Below are positions 57,011 to 64,000 of a stretch of DNA of 64,000 bases, piece by piece. The stretch is taken from the IMG/VR virus record IMGVR_UViG_3300045988_183866; one strand, 5' to 3'. A model generated the notes under the pieces. The model had not been told where the DNA came from. It worked only from the letters and a program-made list of their open reading frames with translations, and searched no databases. The stretch is from a virus. Numbering within the stretch: the stretch's first letter is position 1; each line of letters starts with the position of its first letter. A program made the position numbers and the translations under genes.

Positions 57011-57031
57011 TGTGTTAAGGAGGAAATTGAA

Positions 57032-57229
57032 ATGTTTACAATTAACGTAAAAGAAAACAACGCCGTCAAGAAGTATATCTGCAGCTCCGCAAAAGCCGTG
57101 GCAGCAAAAATGTCTGAGCTTGCTCTGTGGACGAAGGATGTGCAAATCAGTTGGGGGGATGATGTCTACGGCACCGCTTACGATGCCCAGCGACAGATTC
57201 CGGCCAACGATTTTCTGGCTTTTGTTTGA
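57032..57229 (+). CDS. Small hypothetical protein (65 aa)
   Basis: The RBS aaggagga precedes the ATG. Confidence 0.4.
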   Translation: MFTINVKENNAVKKYICSSAKAVAAKMSELALWTKDVQISWGDDVYGTAYDAQRQIPANDFLAFV

Positions 57230-57250
57230 TTGAGAAGGGAGATAAGTGCT

Positions 57251-57991
57251 ATGTTTAAGATTTGTAATGATAAGACTTATTATGTTGTTCAGACCACCTC
57301 TGAAGATGTAGTTGTCGAAATCTATACCAAAAAAGACGGACGAGGTAGTGGCATTAGTCTTCATGAAATGCATCTCGACCTGTGCCGTGCTATCCGAAAG
57401 CTACAGCATGATGGCTATACAATCATGAAGGTTTATCCTGCTATGGGTGACCGAAGAGAGAGTATTGATGTGCTGTCTATGCCGGAATTCATCCAGTCTG
57501 CGAAACGCCCCGACAACGATGTTGAGGAAGCGGTTGTCTTTTCTTACTTCGAGTCCGGAGCAACATTCCAGTTGCCTTGCAAGGTAAACAAGGAAACGCA
57601 CGAAATTTTCGATGTCACCTGTGCAGCAATGCCGTGTGACGACGACTGTTTCAGTTATGCAGAAGTGGTAATCAACGGCAAGGATTATCCTGTCAATTTT
57701 ATTGACGATATTCTTATCGAAAACAATGTTGATGATGCGCTGGATGAGTTTTATAGAATTCAGCAGACAGGCGAGTATTGGCAGCCTGATGGTAACAAAA
57801 CGCTGGATGATGCCATTCACGAATGCCGTTGGGCGATTCTGAAAGACGCCTTGATGCAACGCGGTCATGATGCCGTTGCTGATTTTATTGGCACTGATGT
57901 TTCCAGTGATTCTTACGAAAGACTGTTGGATGAAACGGAAGCACAGATGCCGAACGAGGAATTCGAAAAGTTCTGGGAGAGATACATTTGA
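57251..57991 (+). CDS. Hypothetical protein (246 aa)
   Basis: The RBS gaagggag precedes the ATG at 57251. Its 3' end is duplicated at 58483-58560. Confidence 0.45.
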   Translation: MFKICNDKTYYVVQTTSEDVVVEIYTKKDGRGSGISLHEMHLDLCRAIRKLQHDGYTIMKVYPAMGDRRESIDVLSMPEFIQSAKRPDNDVEEAVVFSYFESGATFQLPCKVNKETHEIFDVTCAAMPCDDDCFSYAEVVINGKDYPVNFIDDILIENNVDDALDEFYRIQQTGEYWQPDGNKTLDDAIHECRWAILKDALMQRGHDAVADFIGTDVSSDSYERLLDETEAQMPNEEFEKFWERYI

Positions 57992-58108
57992 GGAGGACTT
58001 ATTTTGGAAAATATGTATGTGTTGAGCCGTAAAGCGTAAGAGCGATACTACCAACATTAACGTGTTCCAAAAAGTCATCGCTGAAGACAAAAAGAAGGAG
58101 ATGGAAGC

Positions 58109-58450
58109 ATGATATCCTATTATCCGGGTGACCTACCTCAGATTACGGGTAATCCAGACGATATTTTCCTTTGTGACCCTATTAAAGAGGCAGCATCTGA
58201 ATACTTGCAGTCGGAAGCTAAGCGTCGAAAGGAAATCATCGCTCAAATCGAAAAAGCTGATGCCATTACATATCAGTTAAACACTGGTATTTACATTATT
58301 GTAAGCCCATCATTTGAGCCAGATTATGCCTACCGAGTCACTTATATGGATTCGCAAGGGCCATATGCTCACCACGATTTTGCAACAGCATCAAAAGTTG
58401 CTGATGAAATTGGGTCTGGTGCTGTAGCATTGGAAGCCGTTATCATTTGA
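58109..58450 (+). CDS. Hypothetical protein (113 aa)
   Basis: The RBS agaaggag precedes the ATG. Confidence 0.4.
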   Translation: MISYYPGDLPQITGNPDDIFLCDPIKEAASEYLQSEAKRRKEIIAQIEKADAITYQLNTGIYIIVSPSFEPDYAYRVTYMDSQGPYAHHDFATASKVADEIGSGAVALEAVII

Positions 58451-58587
58451 CGAAAATAAATACCCTAATAAGGAAAGGAAATGTTTCCAGCGATTCCTAC
58501 AAAAGACTGTTGGATGAAGTGGAAGCACAAATGCCGAGCGAGGAATTCGAGAAGTTCTGAGAGAAGTATATTTGAGGAGGACTTATT

Positions 58588-58776
58588 TTGGAAAATATGT
58601 ATGCGCTAAGCCGTAAAGACCCGTTTTTTGGAGATGTGCGTTTTTACGTAGAGTGTAAGAGTGATACTGCCAACATTAACGAAGCGACGCGGGTCAGCTT
58701 GGATGAGGCGATGAAGCGGGCAAAGTTCCTGAATTGTGGAGCTTGCCACTATTCTTGCGTACGCGTACCCGCGTAA
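58588..58776 (+). CDS. Small hypothetical protein (62 aa). A truncated paralogue lies at 58001-58037.
   Basis: The RBS gaggagg precedes a TTG start. The same RBS and start context at 58001 yields only LENMYVLSRKA*. Confidence 0.35.
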   Translation: MENMYALSRKDPFFGDVRFYVECKSDTANINEATRVSLDEAMKRAKFLNCGACHYSCVRVPA

Positions 58777-58793
58777 GACAAAGGAGAAAATAA

Positions 58794-59591
58794 ATGGCAA
58801 ACAATATCATGAATATCATGTCTGTTTCTTTCAATTCTCAGGCAGAGTTGGAGGATTTTCTGAATTGTGTCAAGGGAAAAGACGATGATGGCGAAAAAGA
58901 TTTTTCGCTTCAGTCTGTTGTTCCTATGCCGGAATCACTGCAAATCGTATCGCCATGTGACAGGATGCTCGCATGGGCGGCCGTAAATAAATACGGAATT
59001 GACCCGGAGAAGTATCCGGAAAACGTAAGAAAGGCTATTTGCAGAGAAACTTTTCTCCTGCACAGGAAGGAAAAACTTACTGCATCAGATATGGTTGGTG
59101 TTTGCAAGGAAGCTGCGGAAGCTCGCTCCAAACTGGAACACGTGAAAGATAGCAAACTCATCAACCTGAAACGTATCCCCTATAATGTCGAAGAGTTCGA
59201 TACTGTAGCGGAGCGTGCTTTGGAAAATGCCGTAAAATATGGATATGCTTCATGGTATTATTGGCGTGTCGCAAACTGGGGCGTAAAGTGGGATGTTTTT
59301 GATGTGAATATCCGTAGAATAAATGATACGGAAATTGCCATCAATTTTAAAACCCCTTGGAATACACCTGCATGCGCCATTGTCGAACTGAGCCGTAAAT
59401 TTCCACACGCCAATATTCGTGTAAAATATGCGGATGAGGATATCGGAAGTAATTGTGGCTGGTATGCGCTTTGCAAAGGAGATTTTGTTGACGACGGTTA
59501 TCCCAGCAAAGGTAACGCAGCAATCGATTTTGCTTGTAATATCTGGGGCTACGACGCCAATACGTATCGTGCAGAGATGAGTTTGCTGTAA
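58794..59591 (+). CDS. Hypothetical protein (265 aa)
   Basis: The RBS aaaggaga precedes the ATG. Confidence 0.45.
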   Translation: MANNIMNIMSVSFNSQAELEDFLNCVKGKDDDGEKDFSLQSVVPMPESLQIVSPCDRMLAWAAVNKYGIDPEKYPENVRKAICRETFLLHRKEKLTASDMVGVCKEAAEARSKLEHVKDSKLINLKRIPYNVEEFDTVAERALENAVKYGYASWYYWRVANWGVKWDVFDVNIRRINDTEIAINFKTPWNTPACAIVELSRKFPHANIRVKYADEDIGSNCGWYALCKGDFVDDGYPSKGNAAIDFACNIWGYDANTYRAEMSLL

Positions 59592-59648
59592 GTAAAGCGA
59601 AAAAATAAAACCCCCGGAAAAAGTTGAAGCGCCACTAAATAGCTGCGC

Positions 59649-59756
59649 TTGCAAATTGCTGCAAAATCGATATACTAAGTATATTCGATAGATAAAATAC
59701 AATTACAATTCAAAATCAACATACCGCTATCTCGTAAGAGGTGGCGGTATTTTTTG
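59649..59756 (+). promoter_or_regulatory. Conserved-spacer promoter (copy e: TTGCAA-aTTGCTGCAAAaTcga-TATACT) with a hairpin + T-run leader
   Basis: Hairpin accgctatctc-gtaa-gaggtggcggt followed by T7 at 59721-59755. Confidence 0.55.
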
Positions 59757-59784
59757 TTATCGCCGAAAGGATGATGAAGAAAAA

Positions 59785-60240
59785 TTGATAAAAAAGACAA
59801 AAAGCTGTTTATCAAGTCAGGAGTTTCCCGGCAAAAATATCGTTTGTGTTTTTTGTGATAGCAGTGGTGTTTTCAAAAACGAATCTATTGAAAGCATGTT
59901 TCCGGATGCCAAGGTACGGTATGACAAATCTGAACATCACTTGGGACATGTTGTGAACTGCTATGGTAATAAAAGGACCGTAATAGCAGATATGATTTGT
60001 CTTGAAAATAACAAGGTGAATTACGGATACTTATACGGTTGTTTCCTACAAGTGGTCATGAAAGCAAAGCTGGCCGAAGCAAATATTCTGCTTATGAGCC
60101 CCGGCTGTAAAATCACAGAAAATCAATGGCACAAAATCAAGCCAATCCTTGAAGGTGCTCTTGAGAAAGAGGGACCGGATGTGGACGTGATTGTTTGCTT
60201 GTCGAATGATGATAATGTCATTCGCGTTCGTTGTGCCTGA
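59785..60240 (+). CDS. Hypothetical Cys-containing protein (151 aa)
   Basis: TTG start from the ORF track. The RBS is weak, so the start is uncertain. Confidence 0.35.
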   Translation: MIKKTKSCLSSQEFPGKNIVCVFCDSSGVFKNESIESMFPDAKVRYDKSEHHLGHVVNCYGNKRTVIADMICLENNKVNYGYLYGCFLQVVMKAKLAEANILLMSPGCKITENQWHKIKPILEGALEKEGPDVDVIVCLSNDDNVIRVRCA

Positions 60241-60262
60241 CTGTTTATTGAGGAGGATTACT

Positions 60263-60571
60263 ATGACAAAGGTTTTTACAATTGTTGCTAATGAGATTGT
60301 TGACCGTGCAGTGGAATGCACACTGATTCAGTTTAGCTATAATCCGGAGCAAATCCATGACCCGGAAAGCGTCCTGCGCGGCGCAATCAAAGATTATCTC
60401 AAGACGGACGAAGGCAAACGACAGCTTGAAATCAACTGTGGTTGCTGGAACTGGGGCGATGTCGATGACATTCCCGGCTCGTTCTTCTTGAATTACGGTC
60501 TGGGTAAAATTACACCACTTGATGTGGATATCATCGTTGACCGCAATGAGAGCTTTGCGGACGAGAATTGA
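60263..60571 (+). CDS. Hypothetical protein (102 aa)
   Basis: The RBS gaggagga precedes the ATG at 60263. Confidence 0.45.
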   Translation: MTKVFTIVANEIVDRAVECTLIQFSYNPEQIHDPESVLRGAIKDYLKTDEGKRQLEINCGCWNWGDVDDIPGSFFLNYGLGKITPLDVDIIVDRNESFADEN

Positions 60572-60588
60572 TGAAAGGAGTAAATAGA

Positions 60589-61353
60589 ATGTATATTTCG
60601 AGTGCATGTGATGTGGTAATTGAGATTACCCGTCGCTGTAATATGTGCTGTGCGCATTGTTTGCGTGGTGATGCGGAGGCGGTCGATATTCAGGAAAGAT
60701 ATATCGATGCGTTTCTTGACAGTTTTGCTAATGCAGGATACATCAGTTCCTTGACCTTTACGGGTGGAGAAATTTCTTTGAACATTCCTGCTATTCGCTA
60801 TACTTTGAACGCCGTAAGAGAGCGAAACATTTCCGTTGGGAGTTTTTATATGGTAACCAACGGGAAAGCCGTCGATAAGATGGTAGAACTCGCTTTGGCG
60901 AGCCTCGAATGGTGGAATTATTGCGATGACAAGGATGACTATTCGTGTGGTCTTTGTATCAGCAGCGATGATTTTCATGAAGAAATTCCCCGCGAAAGTG
61001 CGAGTATTCTTAGCGGTTTGAGATATAATCGTAATGATAAAGTAACGGATTTTCGCAAGCAATATCTCATTAACGAGGGTCGTGCCAAAACTATCAGCGC
61101 AAATCAGATTCTAAAGAGAGAACCTATAGTTTCGGAACTTGTGATTGAATATGAGAGAGATTGTAAACCGGGAAATGAAGCCGGAATCAATATCACTGAT
61201 GGAGAACTGTATCTGAATGCCATCGGTGATGTTGTCGTCGGTTGTGACTGGTCCTATGAATCCCAGAGGAAGTATCGTATTGGCAATGTTATGGATGAAA
61301 AATGGTTGGAAAACATTCGTAGCAGCGAATTGTGCATCGAAGAAAATAGCTAA
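60589..61353 (+). CDS. Radical SAM domain protein
   Basis: The RBS aaaggag precedes the ATG at 60589. ITRRCNMCCAHCL is a CxxxCxxC cluster motif. LTFTGGEISL matches the GGEP-type SAM-binding motif. Confidence 0.55.
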   Translation: MYISSACDVVIEITRRCNMCCAHCLRGDAEAVDIQERYIDAFLDSFANAGYISSLTFTGGEISLNIPAIRYTLNAVRERNISVGSFYMVTNGKAVDKMVELALASLEWWNYCDDKDDYSCGLCISSDDFHEEIPRESASILSGLRYNRNDKVTDFRKQYLINEGRAKTISANQILKREPIVSELVIEYERDCKPGNEAGINITDGELYLNAIGDVVVGCDWSYESQRKYRIGNVMDEKWLENIRSSELCIEENS

Positions 61354-61382
61354 AAAATAATAAAAACAGAAAGGAAGAAATT

Positions 61383-62408
61383 ATGACTATCAATTTAACT
61401 CGTGAGGATTTTGAGCAGGCTATCAAATCCGGCGCATCCGTGTTCGAAGGCAACACAATTCCCGATACCGGAAAACCGTCCGGGCGCTACTACCGTTTCA
61501 TTCGTGTTCCGCTCGCCAATGGCGAACACAAGGTAGATGCCTTGTACGGGCAGCGGTTTTATGGAACCTTGGAAAAGAAACCCGTAACATTCAACCAAGA
61601 GATACGCTTCCTTTGCCTCGTTGTCGACAATGCCAAAACCGTCAATGAAACACAGGACTTCAAAACGATTTTCTGCCGTTCTTCTTTTACCTCGGATTCT
61701 GTCATAGAGGAAATGGCACAGAAGCTGTTCGATATGTTCCGAGAGAATGTGACGGAAGAAGACAAGAAGAAAATTCTCAAGGGCGGTTATTACGACAAGA
61801 TAGCACGACAGAACGCTTTCTGTCGCATAATAAAGGGGTATAAGAATTATCGCAGCCCTATTGACAGCATTGTCGATGAGATTGGAAATGGGTCTTGCTT
61901 TGGCCTGACATCCACAAATGCCGATGAACTGGTAGTGGATTATCTTGCTAATCCCACCGGCTGGGCTGAACGGACGATGGAGAAAATCAAAAAGGCAAAT
62001 TCCGGGCGGTCTGGACGCCTATACGGGATTACATTGGCTGTGGTGGAAGAGTTGACGGAAGAGTATATGAGAAAGTACAATAGTCCGAACACTCAGGAAA
62101 TCATGTTCAGGCTTCTTGTGGAACTTGCTAAGCAATACGAAACCGTTCGCCTTGTCCTGAACATCAACGGTAAAACGACCGAAGTAAAGTATCCGGTCAA
62201 AGGTATGATGAACAGTGATATCCTGTACGGTGGAGGTTTTTCGACTTGCAACATCACCCCGCGCAGTGAAGAAAATCGCATCGAGGAGTTTATCGCGAAC
62301 AACGATTCGCAACTCGAAGACAATCGCAGAATTCCCATCAAGTACATTCCCGAAGTCTATTACGGGAATAAGTTGATTTGGAAGAATCCGAATTTTGCAA
62401 ACACCTGA
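61383..62408 (+). CDS. Hypothetical protein (341 aa)
   Basis: The RBS aaaggaag precedes the ATG. Confidence 0.45.
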   Translation: MTINLTREDFEQAIKSGASVFEGNTIPDTGKPSGRYYRFIRVPLANGEHKVDALYGQRFYGTLEKKPVTFNQEIRFLCLVVDNAKTVNETQDFKTIFCRSSFTSDSVIEEMAQKLFDMFRENVTEEDKKKILKGGYYDKIARQNAFCRIIKGYKNYRSPIDSIVDEIGNGSCFGLTSTNADELVVDYLANPTGWAERTMEKIKKANSGRSGRLYGITLAVVEELTEEYMRKYNSPNTQEIMFRLLVELAKQYETVRLVLNINGKTTEVKYPVKGMMNSDILYGGGFSTCNITPRSEENRIEEFIANNDSQLEDNRRIPIKYIPEVYYGNKLIWKNPNFANT

Positions 62409-62434
62409 TTCCCAAAAAGGAGGAAATCGAAAAT

Positions 62435-63841
62435 ATGATTGCCAAAATTGGTAAAATGATGACCAAAAGGGAAGATAAATCGTTTTCCTACGAAGAACTT
62501 GCCGCAATGCTGAAAACCAGCCCTGATGCCCTCAAAACATTCGAGGACACCTACAAGAAACAGGTGCTGGACAGCGGGGCATTATCCGAGAACTTTTTAC
62601 AGTGGGATACCGCTACTGTCAAAGCTATGTTTGACAAGAGGGTGCCGTTTACGCGGGACCTTGAAACACTCATTGACCGTATCGTAGGTGAGTTAACAGA
62701 TGGTACTCGCCTGTACATCTACAATGATAAACGCGGCGGATATTATGTAAACTATGCAGCATCTCGATACGCTGTGCCGGTAACGAACAATGACCTGAAA
62801 AAATACCCGGAAGAGCTCAGACCTCAGCTGACAGGAAATCTCGTGAAGGTCGATATTTCGGAGCCGTCGTATAAGATTCTGCTTCAGAATTACGCCGAGT
62901 ACAAGGATGTACGCGATGACCGCATGAAAAAGTTCTACTACAACCAGTTCCGTCAGGGTCTTGATATTCTTGACCTCGACGACTTCACCTACCAGATGCT
63001 CGAAATGAATCCCAACACGATGGGATTCTGGCTTCCGCCGCTGGCAAAAGCGTTGTACGGGAACAAATTCTTCAGGATTCCTGATACCAAGATTTTGCGT
63101 GTTCCGCTGCCGATGCTGCAGCTCACTCGCCTTGGTTTTGAAACCCTGAATCCCGTAACCAAGGAAATCGTGAACCGTTATTGCAAGCGGATATTCAAGC
63201 TGGATGAGCACGAGGATTACTTCATCAAGACCGGAACTTATTCTTCCAAGTATGAGTTTCGCAACGCTCATATCCATGACCCAAAGGAAATCAATGAGAT
63301 GGGCGAGTATTTCCTGTTTCTGAATCATCTGACCTGTTCTATGGCTTCGCCGTTGAATAATGCCTGCTTCTATGGTGCTAATACAACAAACGAGTGGGTG
63401 CTCAGGGAATATGTCAAGGACAAGGAACACAACCCGACCATCTACAACGGTTTGCCGCTGCATACTGAGTACCGCGTATTCGTCGATTTCGACGCTGATG
63501 AGGTGCTGGGTATCAGTCCTTATTGGCGTGCCGATGTGATGAAGGGTAAGTTCAAGAACGCAAGTACGCCGCAGGAACGCCACGACTATGTTATCTATCA
63601 GATGCACGAGGATATCCTGCAATCTCGATACGATGACAGTGCTAGGATGATTTTGGATGAAATCAAGAAGATTCTTCCCGCTGTCGAATTGGTAGGGCAG
63701 TGGAGTATTGATGTAATGCGCAATGGTGATGATTATTACATCATCGACATGGCGCTTGCTGAAAACTCCGCTCTGAACGATTGCGTGCCACGCAACAAAC
63801 TTCGAGCCTACCCGCAGCAGTGGTTGCCTGAACATGCTTAA
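62435..63841 (+). CDS. ATP-grasp-like hypothetical protein (468 aa)
   Basis: The RBS aaaggagg precedes the ATG at 62435. YFIKTGTYSSKYEF, EYRVFVDFDADEVLGISPYW and GDDYYIIDMALAENSAL resemble an ATP-grasp fold. Confidence 0.35.
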   Translation: MIAKIGKMMTKREDKSFSYEELAAMLKTSPDALKTFEDTYKKQVLDSGALSENFLQWDTATVKAMFDKRVPFTRDLETLIDRIVGELTDGTRLYIYNDKRGGYYVNYAASRYAVPVTNNDLKKYPEELRPQLTGNLVKVDISEPSYKILLQNYAEYKDVRDDRMKKFYYNQFRQGLDILDLDDFTYQMLEMNPNTMGFWLPPLAKALYGNKFFRIPDTKILRVPLPMLQLTRLGFETLNPVTKEIVNRYCKRIFKLDEHEDYFIKTGTYSSKYEFRNAHIHDPKEINEMGEYFLFLNHLTCSMASPLNNACFYGANTTNEWVLREYVKDKEHNPTIYNGLPLHTEYRVFVDFDADEVLGISPYWRADVMKGKFKNASTPQERHDYVIYQMHEDILQSRYDDSARMILDEIKKILPAVELVGQWSIDVMRNGDDYYIIDMALAENSALNDCVPRNKLRAYPQQWLPEHA

Positions 63842-63857
63842 GAAGACGACACCGTTC

Positions 63858-63990
63858 TTGCAAACTGCTGCAAAGTAGCTACAATAAAAGCACTAAGATA
63901 AATAAAAAGCGCTATTTGTTAGCTTCTATTATCTTAATTTAAAATCAAGTTACATTGCGACCATCTCGTCAGAGATGGCCGCTATTTTTT
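63858..63990 (+). promoter_or_regulatory. Conserved-spacer promoter (copy f: TTGCAA-aCTGCTGCAAAGTAGc-TACAAT) with the conserved leader CACTAAGATAAAT and a hairpin + T-run
   Basis: Hairpin gcgaccatctc-gtca-gagatggccgc followed by T6 at 63957-63990. The downstream gene lies beyond the window. Confidence 0.55.
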
Positions 63991-64000
63991 GCGAAAGGAA

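Noticed and set aside
58001-58037. 11-codon ORF after the gene at 57251
   Set aside because: It is a truncated duplicate of the start of the 58588 gene and stops after LENMYVLSRKA, so it is likely a remnant, not a gene.
62693-63835. Minus-strand 380-aa ORF overlapping the ATP-grasp-like gene
   Set aside because: It has no RBS and is antisense to a + strand ORF with an RBS and a domain-like sequence.
1-64000. LPXTG sorting signals, tRNA/rRNA genes, integrase or transposase
   Set aside because: No LPXTG motif is found at the C-terminus of either adhesin, which carry NxKTG instead. No cloverleaf-like or rRNA-like conserved segments were seen. No recombinase-like ORF is present in the window.

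Overview
This 64-kb window is a gene-dense accessory region and looks like a low-GC Gram-positive (Clostridia-like, about 48% GC) genome. Genes run almost entirely on the + strand; only two small HTH regulators are on the - strand. No rRNA, tRNA or CRISPR arrays were seen, and no integrase, terminase or capsid gene is evident.

The first 28 kb carries two giant surface-protein genes. The first is over 6514 aa and 5'-partial, because its frame is open back to position 3. The second is 2647 aa and has a signal peptide. Both are built from tandem ~90-aa modules with a K-x-Y-G-x-x-D-P motif (MBG/YDG-like). The first also carries DUF11-like repeat domains, including a ~1.1-kb super-repeat present in about 5 copies. 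Both end in a Pro/Thr stalk, a sorting-signal-like motif N-[KY]-K-T-G, a hydrophobic helix and a Lys-rich tail. The long minus-strand ORFs over these genes are shadow ORFs.

Downstream lies an island of about 60 short genes. It includes two lipoproteins, a flotillin/SPFH protein, a phage-type N6-adenine (Dam) methyltransferase and a divergent XRE/Cro-like regulator. It also carries a ParM/Alp actin-like segregation ATPase with a small ParR-like basic protein, two RNase H-like proteins and a protein with a sigma-70 region-4-like C-terminus. Further along are zinc-ribbon proteins, a NYN-domain protein, a radical-SAM (CxxxCxxC) protein and an ATP-grasp-like protein.

The most notable block is 48.6-52.7 kb. 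It holds a divergent SecY paralogue translationally coupled to SecG-like and SecE-like small membrane proteins (ATGA overlap). These are followed by a lipoprotein that carries the trigger-factor FKBP and C-terminal domains, and then a class B sortase. This looks like a dedicated export, folding and anchoring module for the giant adhesins, whose NxKTG C-termini fit a SrtB-type signal.

Two conserved promoter families recur. One is an extended -10 family (TTGACn-N14-TGTGGTATAATATA) with 6 copies, one of them inside an ORF. The other has 7 copies with a conserved spacer (TTGCAA-aTTGCTGCAAAGTAg-TAtAAT); five are followed within ~60-110 nt by a conserved GC hairpin plus T-run, suggesting attenuator or antitermination leaders, or small RNAs.
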